Shown piece by piece: positions 1-7,988 of a stretch of 32,000 nucleotides of DNA. The notes below the pieces were generated by a model. The model ran no database searches. It was not told where the DNA came from and was given only the letters and a program-made list of their open reading frames with translations. The position numbers and the translations under genes are program-made. The stretch is taken from contig OW818675.1 of the NCBI GenBank assembly GCA_942493095.1, positions 2,880,001-2,912,000 on the forward strand, written 5' to 3'. Each line of letters opens with the position of its first letter. Position 1 is the stretch's first letter. The DNA is from Candidatus Electronema halotolerans. GTDB lineage: Bacteria > Desulfobacterota > Desulfobulbia > Desulfobulbales > Desulfobulbaceae.

Positions 1-2
1 CC

Positions 3-86
3 AAGGCCTTGGATGCTTTCGGCATTCCCAAGGACGGGGTGAACGACAAACGCTATTCTGTGGCTAAGAAGTCGGTCCAGCTATAA
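3..86 (+). CDS. 3' end of an unidentified CDS entering from upstream of the window (partial)
   Basis: Frame is open from the window edge to TAA at 84-86 (..KALDAFGIPKDGVNDKRYSVAKKSVQL*). Only 27 codons, so no family can be assigned. Confidence 0.3.
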   Translation, partial: KALDAFGIPKDGVNDKRYSVAKKSVQL

Positions 87-136
87 GGAGGAAACCGGCT
101 TGCTGCTGAACAATGCGGCCAGCCGGTCAGCCTGGT

Positions 137-958
137 TCAAAAGACACTGCGCTTGCGGCGGTGATTGCGGGAATAGGCCACCCAATAGACAGCCCCGACC
201 TGCACTGCGCCGCCGACAATGTTGCCTGCGGTGGCCATGATGATGTTGGTGATCGAGCCAAACAGGGAAACCACGCCGCTGTCATCCAAAATCAGGCCAA
301 AGGGCAGGAAGAACCAGTTGGCAATGGAATGCTCAAAGCCGATGGCGACAAAGGCGGCCACAGGCAGAAGGATGGCCATGATCTTGTCCACCACGCTGCG
401 GCCTCCCATTGCCAGCCAGATGGCTAAACAGACCAGCGCGTTGCAGAGCATGCCCCGGAGAAAGGCTTCGCAGAGGGTCAGGTCAGCCTTGCCTGCGGCG
501 ATGTTCACGGCAGTCTTGGCCACTTCGCCGTTGCCCAGCTCGGCGACTCCGGCCAGCACCACAAGCTGCACCGTGATCAGCGCGCCGATCACATTGCCGA
601 TATAGGAATACAGCCAGTTGCGCAGCAGGCTGACAGCACTGATCTGGCCGCTGGCCCAAGCCATAGTCAGCAGGTTGTTGCCGGTGAACAGCTCGGCCCC
701 GCCGACCACCACCAGAATCAGGCCCATGCTGAAGCTCAGGCCGCCGAGCAGGCGGGTCACGCCAAAGCCGAGTTGGGAGCCGGTCATCACCACGGTGCAG
801 AAGAGCGCGCCAAGGGCGATGAAGGCCCCGGCCAGCATGGCTAAAACCAGCAGGGAGAGGGTGTCAACATGCGCCTTCCTGACTCCCATGCTCTCAACCT
901 TGCGGGCAATGTCATCTGGGGAATAGGCATCGCTGAGGCCTTCGTGCGCGGTTTCCAT
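137..958 (-). CDS. Formate/nitrite transporter (FNT) family channel (FocA/NirC-like)
   Basis: 273-aa ORF with about 6 hydrophobic helices. FNT-type motifs GGAELFTGNN and GFEHSIANWFF are present. Strong SD (GGAGGAGG) lies just upstream of the ATG at 958. Confidence 0.9.
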   Translation of the reverse strand: METAHEGLSDAYSPDDIARKVESMGVRKAHVDTLSLLVLAMLAGAFIALGALFCTVVMTGSQLGFGVTRLLGGLSFSMGLILVVVGGAELFTGNNLLTMAWASGQISAVSLLRNWLYSYIGNVIGALITVQLVVLAGVAELGNGEVAKTAVNIAAGKADLTLCEAFLRGMLCNALVCLAIWLAMGGRSVVDKIMAILLPVAAFVAIGFEHSIANWFFLPFGLILDDSGVVSLFGSITNIIMATAGNIVGGAVQVGAVYWVAYSRNHRRKRSVF

Positions 959-1198
959 GAAACATCCTCCTCCTTGTTTGAGTCATCTTCAGCCGCCGGA
1001 CAGCGGCCCCTTGTCTTCACTCAAAATGATGCCGCATTTCATTTTTAATGATACTGCAACGGCCTGAAAAGGGAAAGCGCCCGCCCAAATAAAAAAATTG
1101 ACACCATCAGGCGGTGCTGCTCGGTTGAGAAAACCGGAAGCTGCTTCTCAACCCGGCGGCATCAGACAGGAATCCCTGCAACAACACGAGGAGCGCGC

Positions 1199-1996
1199 AT
1201 GAACGAGAAAGAATTGTTTGACGTGGTGGAGACGGAACAGGTTCCCGGAGCAAAGTTCGAGGTTGTCCAGTACAAAAGTCTGAAAGGCTCAGACAATCTT
1301 TATGTGGCGGAAAAGATGTTCCTTGCCAGGCAGGCGGATATTCACCTCAAGATGATCCGGGTCACGCTGGAGCGGAGTGAAGTCCTGATCGAGCCGGGCG
1401 CGCTCTATTTCATGAAAGGCGACCTGCACTTGGAATCAAATATGCAGCAGGGATTGAGCACGGGCCTGATGCGCAAATTCACCTCTGGCGAAACCCTGTT
1501 TCAGTCCCGCATCCGGGGAACCGGCGAGGTCTATTTGGAACCGAGCTTTGGCCATTACTCGCTCTTTAATATTGAGGAAGACGCGCTGATTGTTGACAAG
1601 GGCGCGTTTTACTGCGCTTCCGGCGGGCTGGAAGTCAGCGCCAAGATGCAAAGCAATATTTCCAGTGCCTTGTTTGGCGGGGAAGGGCTTTTTCAAACCC
1701 AGATCAAAGGCAGCGGCGTGGTGGTGCTGGTCTCACCCGTGCCGACAGATGAGCTGCTCATCTATCAGCTCGCGCCAAAAGAAAAACTTTCGGTTGATGG
1801 CAGCTTTACCTTTGCCAGAACCGCCAGCGTTGCCTTTCATGCAGAAAAATCAGGCAAAAGCCTGCTTCAGTCCGTCACCAGCGGCGAAGGACTGCTGCAA
1901 ACCTTCACCGGGCCGGGCGTGGTCTGGATCGCCCCGACCGAAGAAGTGTATAAACGTCTGGGCGCGTTCAGCTATACGATGCAGGCAGGCAGATGA
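1199..1996 (+). CDS. AIM24 (DUF124, TRAP-like fold) family protein
   Basis: 265-aa ORF with family-typical beta-rich repeats and motifs (LFGGEGLFQTQIKGSGVVVL, SGEGLLQTFTGPGVVWI). SD GAGGAG lies before the ATG. Confidence 0.8.
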   Translation: MNEKELFDVVETEQVPGAKFEVVQYKSLKGSDNLYVAEKMFLARQADIHLKMIRVTLERSEVLIEPGALYFMKGDLHLESNMQQGLSTGLMRKFTSGETLFQSRIRGTGEVYLEPSFGHYSLFNIEEDALIVDKGAFYCASGGLEVSAKMQSNISSALFGGEGLFQTQIKGSGVVVLVSPVPTDELLIYQLAPKEKLSVDGSFTFARTASVAFHAEKSGKSLLQSVTSGEGLLQTFTGPGVVWIAPTEEVYKRLGAFSYTMQAGR

Positions 1997-2043
1997 GCAG
2001 ACCTTGAGCTGATTTTTTCACCAACCCATCCGCAGGAGGAAAC

Positions 2044-2682
2044 ATGTCCCGCAGGTTGCCGATTTATATTGCCATTGACACTTCAGGCTCCATGAACGGC
2101 GAGGCGATTCAGTCTGTCAACGTTGGTCTCCAAGCAATGCTCACCGCCTTGCGCCAAGACCCGCACGCCCTTGACTCTGTTCATCTCTCTGTCATCACGT
2201 TTGATATTCAGGCCAAGGAACTCTTTCCCCTGACCCCGCTGTCGCAGGTGCAGATTGGCGAAATAACCTGTCCCAAATCCGGGCCGACCTCCACAGGCGC
2301 AGCCTTGGCCCTGATTGTTGACCGGGTCAAACGGGACATCGTTCACAGCACCAACGAACGCAAGGGCGACTGGCGGCCCATGCTCTTTCTGATGACCGAC
2401 GGCAGCCCTTCGGATGTGGCCCGTTACAACGAAATCCTGCCTAAGGTGAAAAACTGTCAGTTCGGCAGGATCATTGCCTGCGCTGCCGGGCCAAAAGCCA
2501 AGCTCGACCAGCTCAAGCGGCTGACTGACACTGTGGTCAGTCTTGACACCACAGACAGTGCCGCCTTTGCCAGCTTCTTCAAATGGGTTTCCGCCAGCGT
2601 GGAGATGCGCAGTGTTGGCACTGGCGGCAGCTCCTCGGACGTGCTGCCTCCTCCTCCGGCGGAAATCCAAATTGTCCTTTGA
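2044..2682 (+). CDS. terY: TerY-like von Willebrand factor A (vWA) domain protein, paralogue 1
   Basis: N-terminus MSRRLPIYIAIDTSGSM carries a MIDAS DxSxS motif. Also present are SVITFD, ERKGDWRPMLFLMTDGSPSD and the C-terminal tail LPPPPAEIQIVL shared with the 26323 paralogue. SD AGGAGG. Confidence 0.85.
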   Translation: MSRRLPIYIAIDTSGSMNGEAIQSVNVGLQAMLTALRQDPHALDSVHLSVITFDIQAKELFPLTPLSQVQIGEITCPKSGPTSTGAALALIVDRVKRDIVHSTNERKGDWRPMLFLMTDGSPSDVARYNEILPKVKNCQFGRIIACAAGPKAKLDQLKRLTDTVVSLDTTDSAAFASFFKWVSASVEMRSVGTGGSSSDVLPPPPAEIQIVL

Positions 2683-2720
2683 TTACAAAATTTTTCCCAG
2701 ACAGCAGCGGTCACATCGTG

Positions 2721-2894
2721 CTATCTGCGATACTCATAACGTTCATTATGGTCGTATCTGTCATCATCATGATGTTCATACCGGTCATGCCGGTCATCGT
2801 GATGATCATCATCCCAGTGCCGAACACAGCCAGTTCCGATCAATGCTGCTGCAAGCACTGCGCTCCAAGTCAAGGCTGTAATAACTTTTTTCAT
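2721..2894 (-). CDS. Small (57 aa) secreted or lipid-anchored His/Asp/Arg/Tyr-rich peptide (not in the supplied ORF track)
   Basis: Own translation of the minus strand: MKKVITALTWSAVLAAALIGTGCVRHWDDDHHDDRHDRYEHHDDDRYDHNERYEYRR*. The ATG is at 2894, preceded by SD CAGGAGG (complement of 2901-2907), and TAG is at 2721-2723. It has a classic n/h-region signal peptide ending GTGC, an atypical lipobox. Confidence 0.5.
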   Translation of the reverse strand: MKKVITALTWSAVLAAALIGTGCVRHWDDDHHDDRHDRYEHHDDDRYDHNERYEYRR

Positions 2895-2939
2895 GATGTT
2901 CCTCCTGTTTTAGTTGATGTGCTCATGCAAGAATAAATT

Positions 2940-2994
2940 CATCTTGCTTTTGTACAGTAACAGAAGCAAGATGAACAAACGATGAACAAGCAAG
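2940..2994. promoter_or_regulatory. Inverted and direct repeat cluster in the divergent intergenic region (possible operator)
   Basis: Perfect 10-bp inverted repeat CATCTTGCTT (2940-2949) / AAGCAAGATG (2964-2973). Direct repeat GATGAACAA at 2970-2978 and 2981-2989. A third AAGCAAG lies at 2988-2994. The cluster sits between the small-peptide start (2894, minus) and the TerY start (3014, plus). Confidence 0.35.
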
Positions 2995-3013
2995 CTGCTA
3001 AAGGAGGAAGGTC

Positions 3014-4060
3014 ATGCGCCGTCTGCCGGTTTTTCTTGTCCTTGATGTGTCCGATTCCATGCTCGGCGAGCCGCTCCAGCACTTGGAGCAGGGGCTGGAG
3101 CAGCTCATCACCAAGCTGCGCCAGAATCCCCATGCCTTGGAAACGGTGTTTCTTTCAGTCATCGCCTTTGCTGGCAAAGCAAAAACGCTGGTGCCATTGG
3201 TTGATCTGCCGACTTTTTATCCGCCGCGCCTGCCCTTGGGTTCCGGCACCGCCCTTGGCCGCGCCCTGACCTGCCTGATGGAGGAGATGGACCGGCAGGT
3301 CAAGCCGACCACGCCGGAGCGCAAAGGCGATTGGAAGCCGATTGTTTATCTGATGACTGACGGCAAGCCCACGGATTATTGGAGCGATGCGGTCAGAATA
3401 TGGCAGAGCAAATACAGCAAACGTGCCTTTCTTACCGCCATTGGCATGGGCAGCTATGCCGCCACCAATGTTTTATCGCAGTTTGCGGATCATGTCTTGA
3501 CCTACAGCGGCGAAAGCGGGGCTGATTTTTCCTCGTTCATTGAATGGATGAGCATGTCGGTGCAGTCACGCAGCGTCATGGTGCAGCAGCAGGGCGAGGG
3601 AAATCAGCCGATCTCCTTGGCCAAGGCGGAGAAAATCCTCTCCTTTGCTGACAACGCCCCACGTTCTGATGAGGATTTTGCCATCTTTGTCGGTCGCTGC
3701 CAGAAGAAAGGAACCCCGTATCTGCTCAAGTATGAACGGGTTCTTTTTGCCGGTTTGCAGGGGAGCGGAGAAAGCGACCGCTGCTACCGGATGACTGGCT
3801 GCTATCCAATCGACGAAAGCTATTTTGACTGGTCAGCCGCAGTGAATGAACTGGAGGCAAACATTGATCTCAATAATCTGATCGGGCAGGCAAGCTGTCC
3901 CTGCTGCGGCAATCCTTCTGCTTTTGGTCTCTGCGCCTGCGGCCGCATCTTCTGCGTTGACGGAGCGGCAAAGGCCCAGTGTCCTTGGTGCAAGCAGCAT
4001 CTTGAACTGGCTCCGGCAGAAAAAGATCAGCGTTTCGACATTGTCAGGTCGTTGGGATGA
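3014..4060 (+). CDS. terY: TerY-like vWA protein with a C-terminal TerY-C-type Cys-rich metal-binding domain, paralogue 2
   Basis: N-terminus MRRLPVFLVLDVSDSM (MIDAS), then SVIAFAG and ERKGDWKPIVYLMTDGKPTD. The extra C-terminal ~120 aa end in CPCCGNPSAFGLCACGRIFCVDGAAKAQCPWCKQ, a zinc-ribbon-like motif. SD AAGGAGG. Confidence 0.85.
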   Translation: MRRLPVFLVLDVSDSMLGEPLQHLEQGLEQLITKLRQNPHALETVFLSVIAFAGKAKTLVPLVDLPTFYPPRLPLGSGTALGRALTCLMEEMDRQVKPTTPERKGDWKPIVYLMTDGKPTDYWSDAVRIWQSKYSKRAFLTAIGMGSYAATNVLSQFADHVLTYSGESGADFSSFIEWMSMSVQSRSVMVQQQGEGNQPISLAKAEKILSFADNAPRSDEDFAIFVGRCQKKGTPYLLKYERVLFAGLQGSGESDRCYRMTGCYPIDESYFDWSAAVNELEANIDLNNLIGQASCPCCGNPSAFGLCACGRIFCVDGAAKAQCPWCKQHLELAPAEKDQRFDIVRSLG

Positions 4061-4132
4061 AAGATGCTTATTCGATTACGCTTTCGGTAAAAACAGCATT
4101 TTTCAAGGAACCCTATATATGAGAGAAACACC

Positions 4133-4351
4133 ATGTGTCTTGCTGTGCCTGCTAAAATTACTGCCTTGCAAGGCAGCCTTGCCACGGTTGAGCTGAACGG
4201 CGTGCGGCAGCAGGCCAATGTTGCCCTGATTGATGCGCCTGCGCTGGGGGATTATGTGCTGATTCATGCCGGCTTTGCCATTCAGAAATGGGCGGCGGAC
4301 GAGGCGGCGGCTTGGTTCAGCATGATGCGGGAAATGAATGGCCATGAATGA
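4133..4351 (+). CDS. hypC: [NiFe]-hydrogenase maturation chaperone HypC/HybG
   Basis: 72 aa with the invariant N-terminal MCLAVPAKI (Cys2), an OB-like core (VELNGVRQQANVALI, GDYVLIHAGFAI), and a 14-nt overlap with hypD. Confidence 0.9.
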   Translation: MCLAVPAKITALQGSLATVELNGVRQQANVALIDAPALGDYVLIHAGFAIQKWAADEAAAWFSMMREMNGHE

Positions 4352-5426
4352 GCTGCTGCGCCGCGAGCTGGACCGGCTGCGGCACGCGGCAGGGCAGTCA
4401 GACCGCCCGGTGCGGCTGATGGAGGTCTGCGGCTCGCACACGATGGCCGCTTTCCGAACCGGTCTCCGCTCTCTGCTGCCAGACAACGTCAGCCTGCTCT
4501 CCGGGCCAGGCTGCCCAGTCTGCGTCACTCCCAACGCCTACATTGATCATGCAATCGCCTTGGCCCTGCGGCCTGAGACCGTGGTGGCCACCTTTGGCGA
4601 CATGGTCAGGGTGCCGGGCACGGAATCATCGCTGGAATACGCCCGCGCCCAAGGCGGCGCAGTGACCGTGGTCTATTCGCCGCTGGAGGCCCTGCGCATG
4701 GCCCAGCAGCAGCCCTCGAAGCAGATTGTCTTTCTCGGCATCGGCTTTGAGACCACGATTCCAGCGGTTGCTTGGACGTTGCAAGAGGCGCAGCAGCAGG
4801 GCCTGAGCAATTACGCGGTGCTCTGCGGCCATAAGGTCATTCCTCCGGCCATGCTGGCCTTGCTCCAAAGCGAGACCCAGATTGACGGCTTCCTCTGTCC
4901 CGGCCATGTCAGCGTCATCATCGGCGAGCAGCCTTATCAGCCTTTGGCCCGGCAGCATCATGTTCCCTGCGTGATCACCGGTTTTGAAGCGATGGACATG
5001 CTGCAAGGTATGGCCATGCTCTTGGAGCAGCTTGGCCAAGGCCGGGCTGAGGTGGAAAATCAGTATGCCCGCAGCGTCAGGGCCGAGGGCAATGCTGCCG
5101 CCTTGGCGGTAAGCGCGGAAGTCTTTGCTCCCTGTGATGCGGAATGGCGCGGCTTGGGCATGATCCCGGCCAGCGGCTTGCGTATTCGCGCTCCCTATAA
5201 TGATGCGGCAGCCCTGCCCTTGGAGCAGGAACTGCCCGTGCCGCAGGCTGATCCCCGCTGCCGCTGCGGCGAGGTCCTGCGCGGCCTGATCACCCCGCCA
5301 GACTGCCCGCTCTTTGCGGCCCGCTGCACCCCGCTCAGACCGGTCGGGGCCTGCATGGTTTCCGGCGAGGGAGCCTGCGCCGCCTATTACAAATACGCCC
5401 GCCTGGAAGGCAGCAACAAGCCATGA
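4338..5426 (+). CDS. hypD: Hydrogenase maturation protein HypD
   Basis: 362 aa with HypD motifs CGSHT, GPGCPVCVTP, GIGFETT and a C-terminal Cys cluster (CRCGEVL...C). The exact start (4338 or 4344) is ambiguous. Confidence 0.95.
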   Translation: MAMNELLRRELDRLRHAAGQSDRPVRLMEVCGSHTMAAFRTGLRSLLPDNVSLLSGPGCPVCVTPNAYIDHAIALALRPETVVATFGDMVRVPGTESSLEYARAQGGAVTVVYSPLEALRMAQQQPSKQIVFLGIGFETTIPAVAWTLQEAQQQGLSNYAVLCGHKVIPPAMLALLQSETQIDGFLCPGHVSVIIGEQPYQPLARQHHVPCVITGFEAMDMLQGMAMLLEQLGQGRAEVENQYARSVRAEGNAAALAVSAEVFAPCDAEWRGLGMIPASGLRIRAPYNDAAALPLEQELPVPQADPRCRCGEVLRGLITPPDCPLFAARCTPLRPVGACMVSGEGACAAYYKYARLEGSNKP

Positions 5427-6433
5427 ACAACGAGATCATCACCCTTGCCCACGGCGGCGGCGGCATCCGCACTCAGCAGCTCTTGGAGGAGCTGATTTTC
5501 CCGCACCTTGACAAGGCGGTGCGCGCCCGTTTGGATGACAGCACCTGCATCAGCATGGCCGCAGGCACCTTGGCCATGAGCACGGATTCCTACGTGGTCT
5601 CGCCGCTCTTTTTTCCCGGCGGTGACATCGGCAGGCTGGCTGCCTGCGGCACCATCAACGACATTGCCATGCAGGGGGCGCAGCCGACTCATATCAGTCT
5701 GGCTTTGATTATCGAGGAAGGAACCACGCTTGCTGATCTGCGCCGGGTGACAGCCTCCTTTTTCGCGGTCTGCAAGGAAACCGGCGTGGTGCTTGCTGCT
5801 GGTGACACCAAAGTAGTGGAACGCGGCAAGGGCAACGGCATTTTCATCAACACCACCGGTCTTGGCCGGGTACTGCCCGGTATTGACACCTACGTTGGCA
5901 ATGCCCGGCCCGGTGATGCGGTGCTGGTCAGCGGCACAATCGGCGACCACGGCATTGCTGTCCTGAGCTGCCGGACTGAGCTGGGCTTTTCAACAACCTT
6001 GGCCAGCGATGTCGCCCCGCTTTGGGACATGGTGCGCCAGCTGCTGACCGAGGTGCCGTCTCTGCGCTGCCTTCGTGATCCAACCAGAGGCGGTCTGGCG
6101 GCGGCCCTCTGCGACATCGCCTCAGCCTCCAAGGCAGGAATCCACCTGACGGAACAGGCCGTGCCGGTGCTGCCCCAAGTCGAGGCCGCCTGTGATCTAC
6201 TGGGCTTGGATGCGCTCAATGTGGCCAATGAAGGCAAGGCCGTTGTTGTCTGCGCCCCTGAAGATGAGCAAAAGGTGCTGGAACTGCTGCGCCGTCATCC
6301 CTTGGGCAAGGATGCTGCTCTGATCGGCAGGGTGACAGCGCAGCATCCCGGCATGGTGGTCTGCGAAACCCGCTTTGGCGGCGAGCGCATTGTTGACCTG
6401 CCCAGCGGCGAAAACTTGCCCAGGATTTGTTAG
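5423..6433 (+). CDS. hypE: Hydrogenase maturation carbamoyl dehydratase HypE
   Basis: 336 aa with a PurM/AIR-synthase-like fold and the HypE-specific C-terminal PRIC. ATGA start/stop overlap with hypD. Confidence 0.95.
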   Translation: MNNEIITLAHGGGGIRTQQLLEELIFPHLDKAVRARLDDSTCISMAAGTLAMSTDSYVVSPLFFPGGDIGRLAACGTINDIAMQGAQPTHISLALIIEEGTTLADLRRVTASFFAVCKETGVVLAAGDTKVVERGKGNGIFINTTGLGRVLPGIDTYVGNARPGDAVLVSGTIGDHGIAVLSCRTELGFSTTLASDVAPLWDMVRQLLTEVPSLRCLRDPTRGGLAAALCDIASASKAGIHLTEQAVPVLPQVEAACDLLGLDALNVANEGKAVVVCAPEDEQKVLELLRRHPLGKDAALIGRVTAQHPGMVVCETRFGGERIVDLPSGENLPRIC

Positions 6434-6437
6434 GCAG

Positions 6438-6887
6438 TTACTGCCGCGTCACCTTGCAGCCAGCGCCGACTTTGAGGGTGAACTCACAGGGCGCGCCCTT
6501 TTCCGCCCGCCGGTCCAAGCGGGCCGAGCAGCCCGCATCCTCCAGCATGGCCTGCTTGCCGTCCTCTGTGCAGAGCAGGAGCACCGCATACGGATCCTGC
6601 CGCTGCACCCGAATCCGATACGGCTTGAACATGGCAAGCAGCGAGGGGTCGTGGGCCGTGGCCTGGCGGAGAATTTCCTTGTCGCTGCCTGTCGGCACTG
6701 CATCAGGGCCAGAAAAATAAGCGTCAACCGCCGCGCTCAGATTGATCAGGCTGGCAGCCAGCCTGTCCTCATTCTGCTGCTGCGGACGATTGAGCCACCA
6801 AATACCAATGCCCCCTGCAATGAGCAGATCAACCACTGCGACAAGGACAAGGATGCGCACCAGCTTTTTACGGTCAGGATTGGTCAT
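6438..6887 (-). CDS. Hypothetical membrane-anchored protein (N-terminal TM helix, Cys-containing extracytoplasmic domain)
   Basis: 149-aa ORF with one TM segment (LVRILVLVAVVDLLIAGGIGIWW). Its start lies 2 nt after the stop of the upstream 6890-7891 gene, suggesting translational coupling, and GGAG lies about 8 nt upstream. No family recognised. Confidence 0.6.
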   Translation of the reverse strand: MTNPDRKKLVRILVLVAVVDLLIAGGIGIWWLNRPQQQNEDRLAASLINLSAAVDAYFSGPDAVPTGSDKEILRQATAHDPSLLAMFKPYRIRVQRQDPYAVLLLCTEDGKQAMLEDAGCSARLDRRAEKGAPCEFTLKVGAGCKVTRQ

Positions 6888-6889
6888 GG

Positions 6890-7891
6890 TCAGCTCCAGA
6901 ACACACAGTTGCGGTTTGTTGCATCAAAACCGGTGGACAGATTCCAGCCCGCCATGTCGTCCAAGGGCGAGGGACGGTCTTGCAGGGCCAAGGACATGCT
7001 CTGCCAGAAGGCCACCGTATCTTGCAGTGCCTTGCTGAAGACCGCCTCAAAGTCCATCTGTTTTTTTATAGGTGCTTCCAACCCGTTAACATACTGCGCC
7101 TCCGGTTCCGCCGGATAGGTCAACCCGGCATTGGCGGCGGCATGACGGGCAAAGGGCATGAGCCTGCCGCCGCTTTCCGCCAGCTTCATGTTTCGGATCA
7201 TGGCCCGGTGCCATTTGTCCGGGTCAGGCGCGGGCAGGCTGTCAGACTGGCCACTGAGCTGCTTCAGCTTGGCTGACATCCACGCCCAAGCCGAGAACAG
7301 GGAAAAAGGCTGTTCCTTCTGCCACCGGTCCGCATAAACGGTCTCCAGGGCGGCTGACCAGAGCCGGGCAATGTCCCGGTCCAGCCGGTCGCGTTCCCGT
7401 TCATCCGCTGCAAGCTGCACGTTGAGGGATATCTGCCGGTTCAGCGCAACTTCCCCCAAGCCGAGCTTGGCATGAACCAGCACATCCTGCGACATCTCGC
7501 AGCAGCGGTGCGCCGTCTTGTTCTGCTCATAAGGGCCGACCTTCAAATTGACCACTGGATGGACCACGCCGTCAGCCACGCAGTGCGAGGCAAAGCCGAA
7601 CAGCCAGGCCGTGCATTTCTGGCGGACGTTCTCCTCCTGAATGACCCGAACGCGCCGCACTCCTTCCCGAAGGAATTCCAGCACCCGCTCCTCGTGCATG
7701 GCTGTGGCCCACGCCTCGGATGATTTGTCGGCAAGGTCCAAGTAGGGATAATCCGGCCCCATTGAGCCGACGATGACGAACTTTTTCCATTTCTGCAAGG
7801 CCTGCCGCGCCTCCTCGTGCAGCAGCTCCTGCCGCAGCGTCTCCTCAATTGCCAGCTGAACCAGCGTGACATGGGTGTATCCTCCTGCCAT
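6890..7891 (-). CDS. Zinc-dependent phospholipase C / P1-nuclease-fold family protein (putative)
   Basis: 333-aa ORF with SD AGGAGGA. The His/Asp pattern resembles the Zn-dependent PLC superfamily: N-terminal GYTHVTL, GSMGPDYPY, ASHCVADGVVHP, TAHRCCEMSQD. There is no signal peptide. The functional call is by motif only. Confidence 0.55.
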   Translation of the reverse strand: MAGGYTHVTLVQLAIEETLRQELLHEEARQALQKWKKFVIVGSMGPDYPYLDLADKSSEAWATAMHEERVLEFLREGVRRVRVIQEENVRQKCTAWLFGFASHCVADGVVHPVVNLKVGPYEQNKTAHRCCEMSQDVLVHAKLGLGEVALNRQISLNVQLAADERERDRLDRDIARLWSAALETVYADRWQKEQPFSLFSAWAWMSAKLKQLSGQSDSLPAPDPDKWHRAMIRNMKLAESGGRLMPFARHAAANAGLTYPAEPEAQYVNGLEAPIKKQMDFEAVFSKALQDTVAFWQSMSLALQDRPSPLDDMAGWNLSTGFDATNRNCVFWS

Positions 7892-7988
7892 CGTTTCTCC
7901 TCCTGTTCCCGATGGATTAGATTAACCACGAAAAATTTTTCACTCCGGCAGGCGGCTGGCCGCAAGGCTCCCTGCCTGCCAAAACAAA

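Noticed and set aside
85-926. SD-like AAGGAGG at 85-91 with TTG at 100, and plus-strand ORFs 113-427, 219-605 and 618-926
   Set aside because: All overlap the FNT channel gene on the opposite strand, which has diagnostic motifs. The translations are Pro/Arg/Ala-rich with no domain.
2583-2936. 117-aa plus-strand ORF overlapping the His/Asp mini-gene
   Set aside because: It starts inside the TerY1 coding region and has no SD. Its hydrophobic I/V/M run is just the complement of the His/Asp codons. The minus-strand frame has an SD, an ATG and a signal peptide.
3014-6433. TerY-C gene and hypCDE forming one functional operon (metal-delivery link)
   Set aside because: They are co-directional and only 72 nt apart, but hypCDE is a self-contained, widely conserved unit. 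Nothing in the sequence couples it to the TerY gene, so adjacency alone is insufficient.
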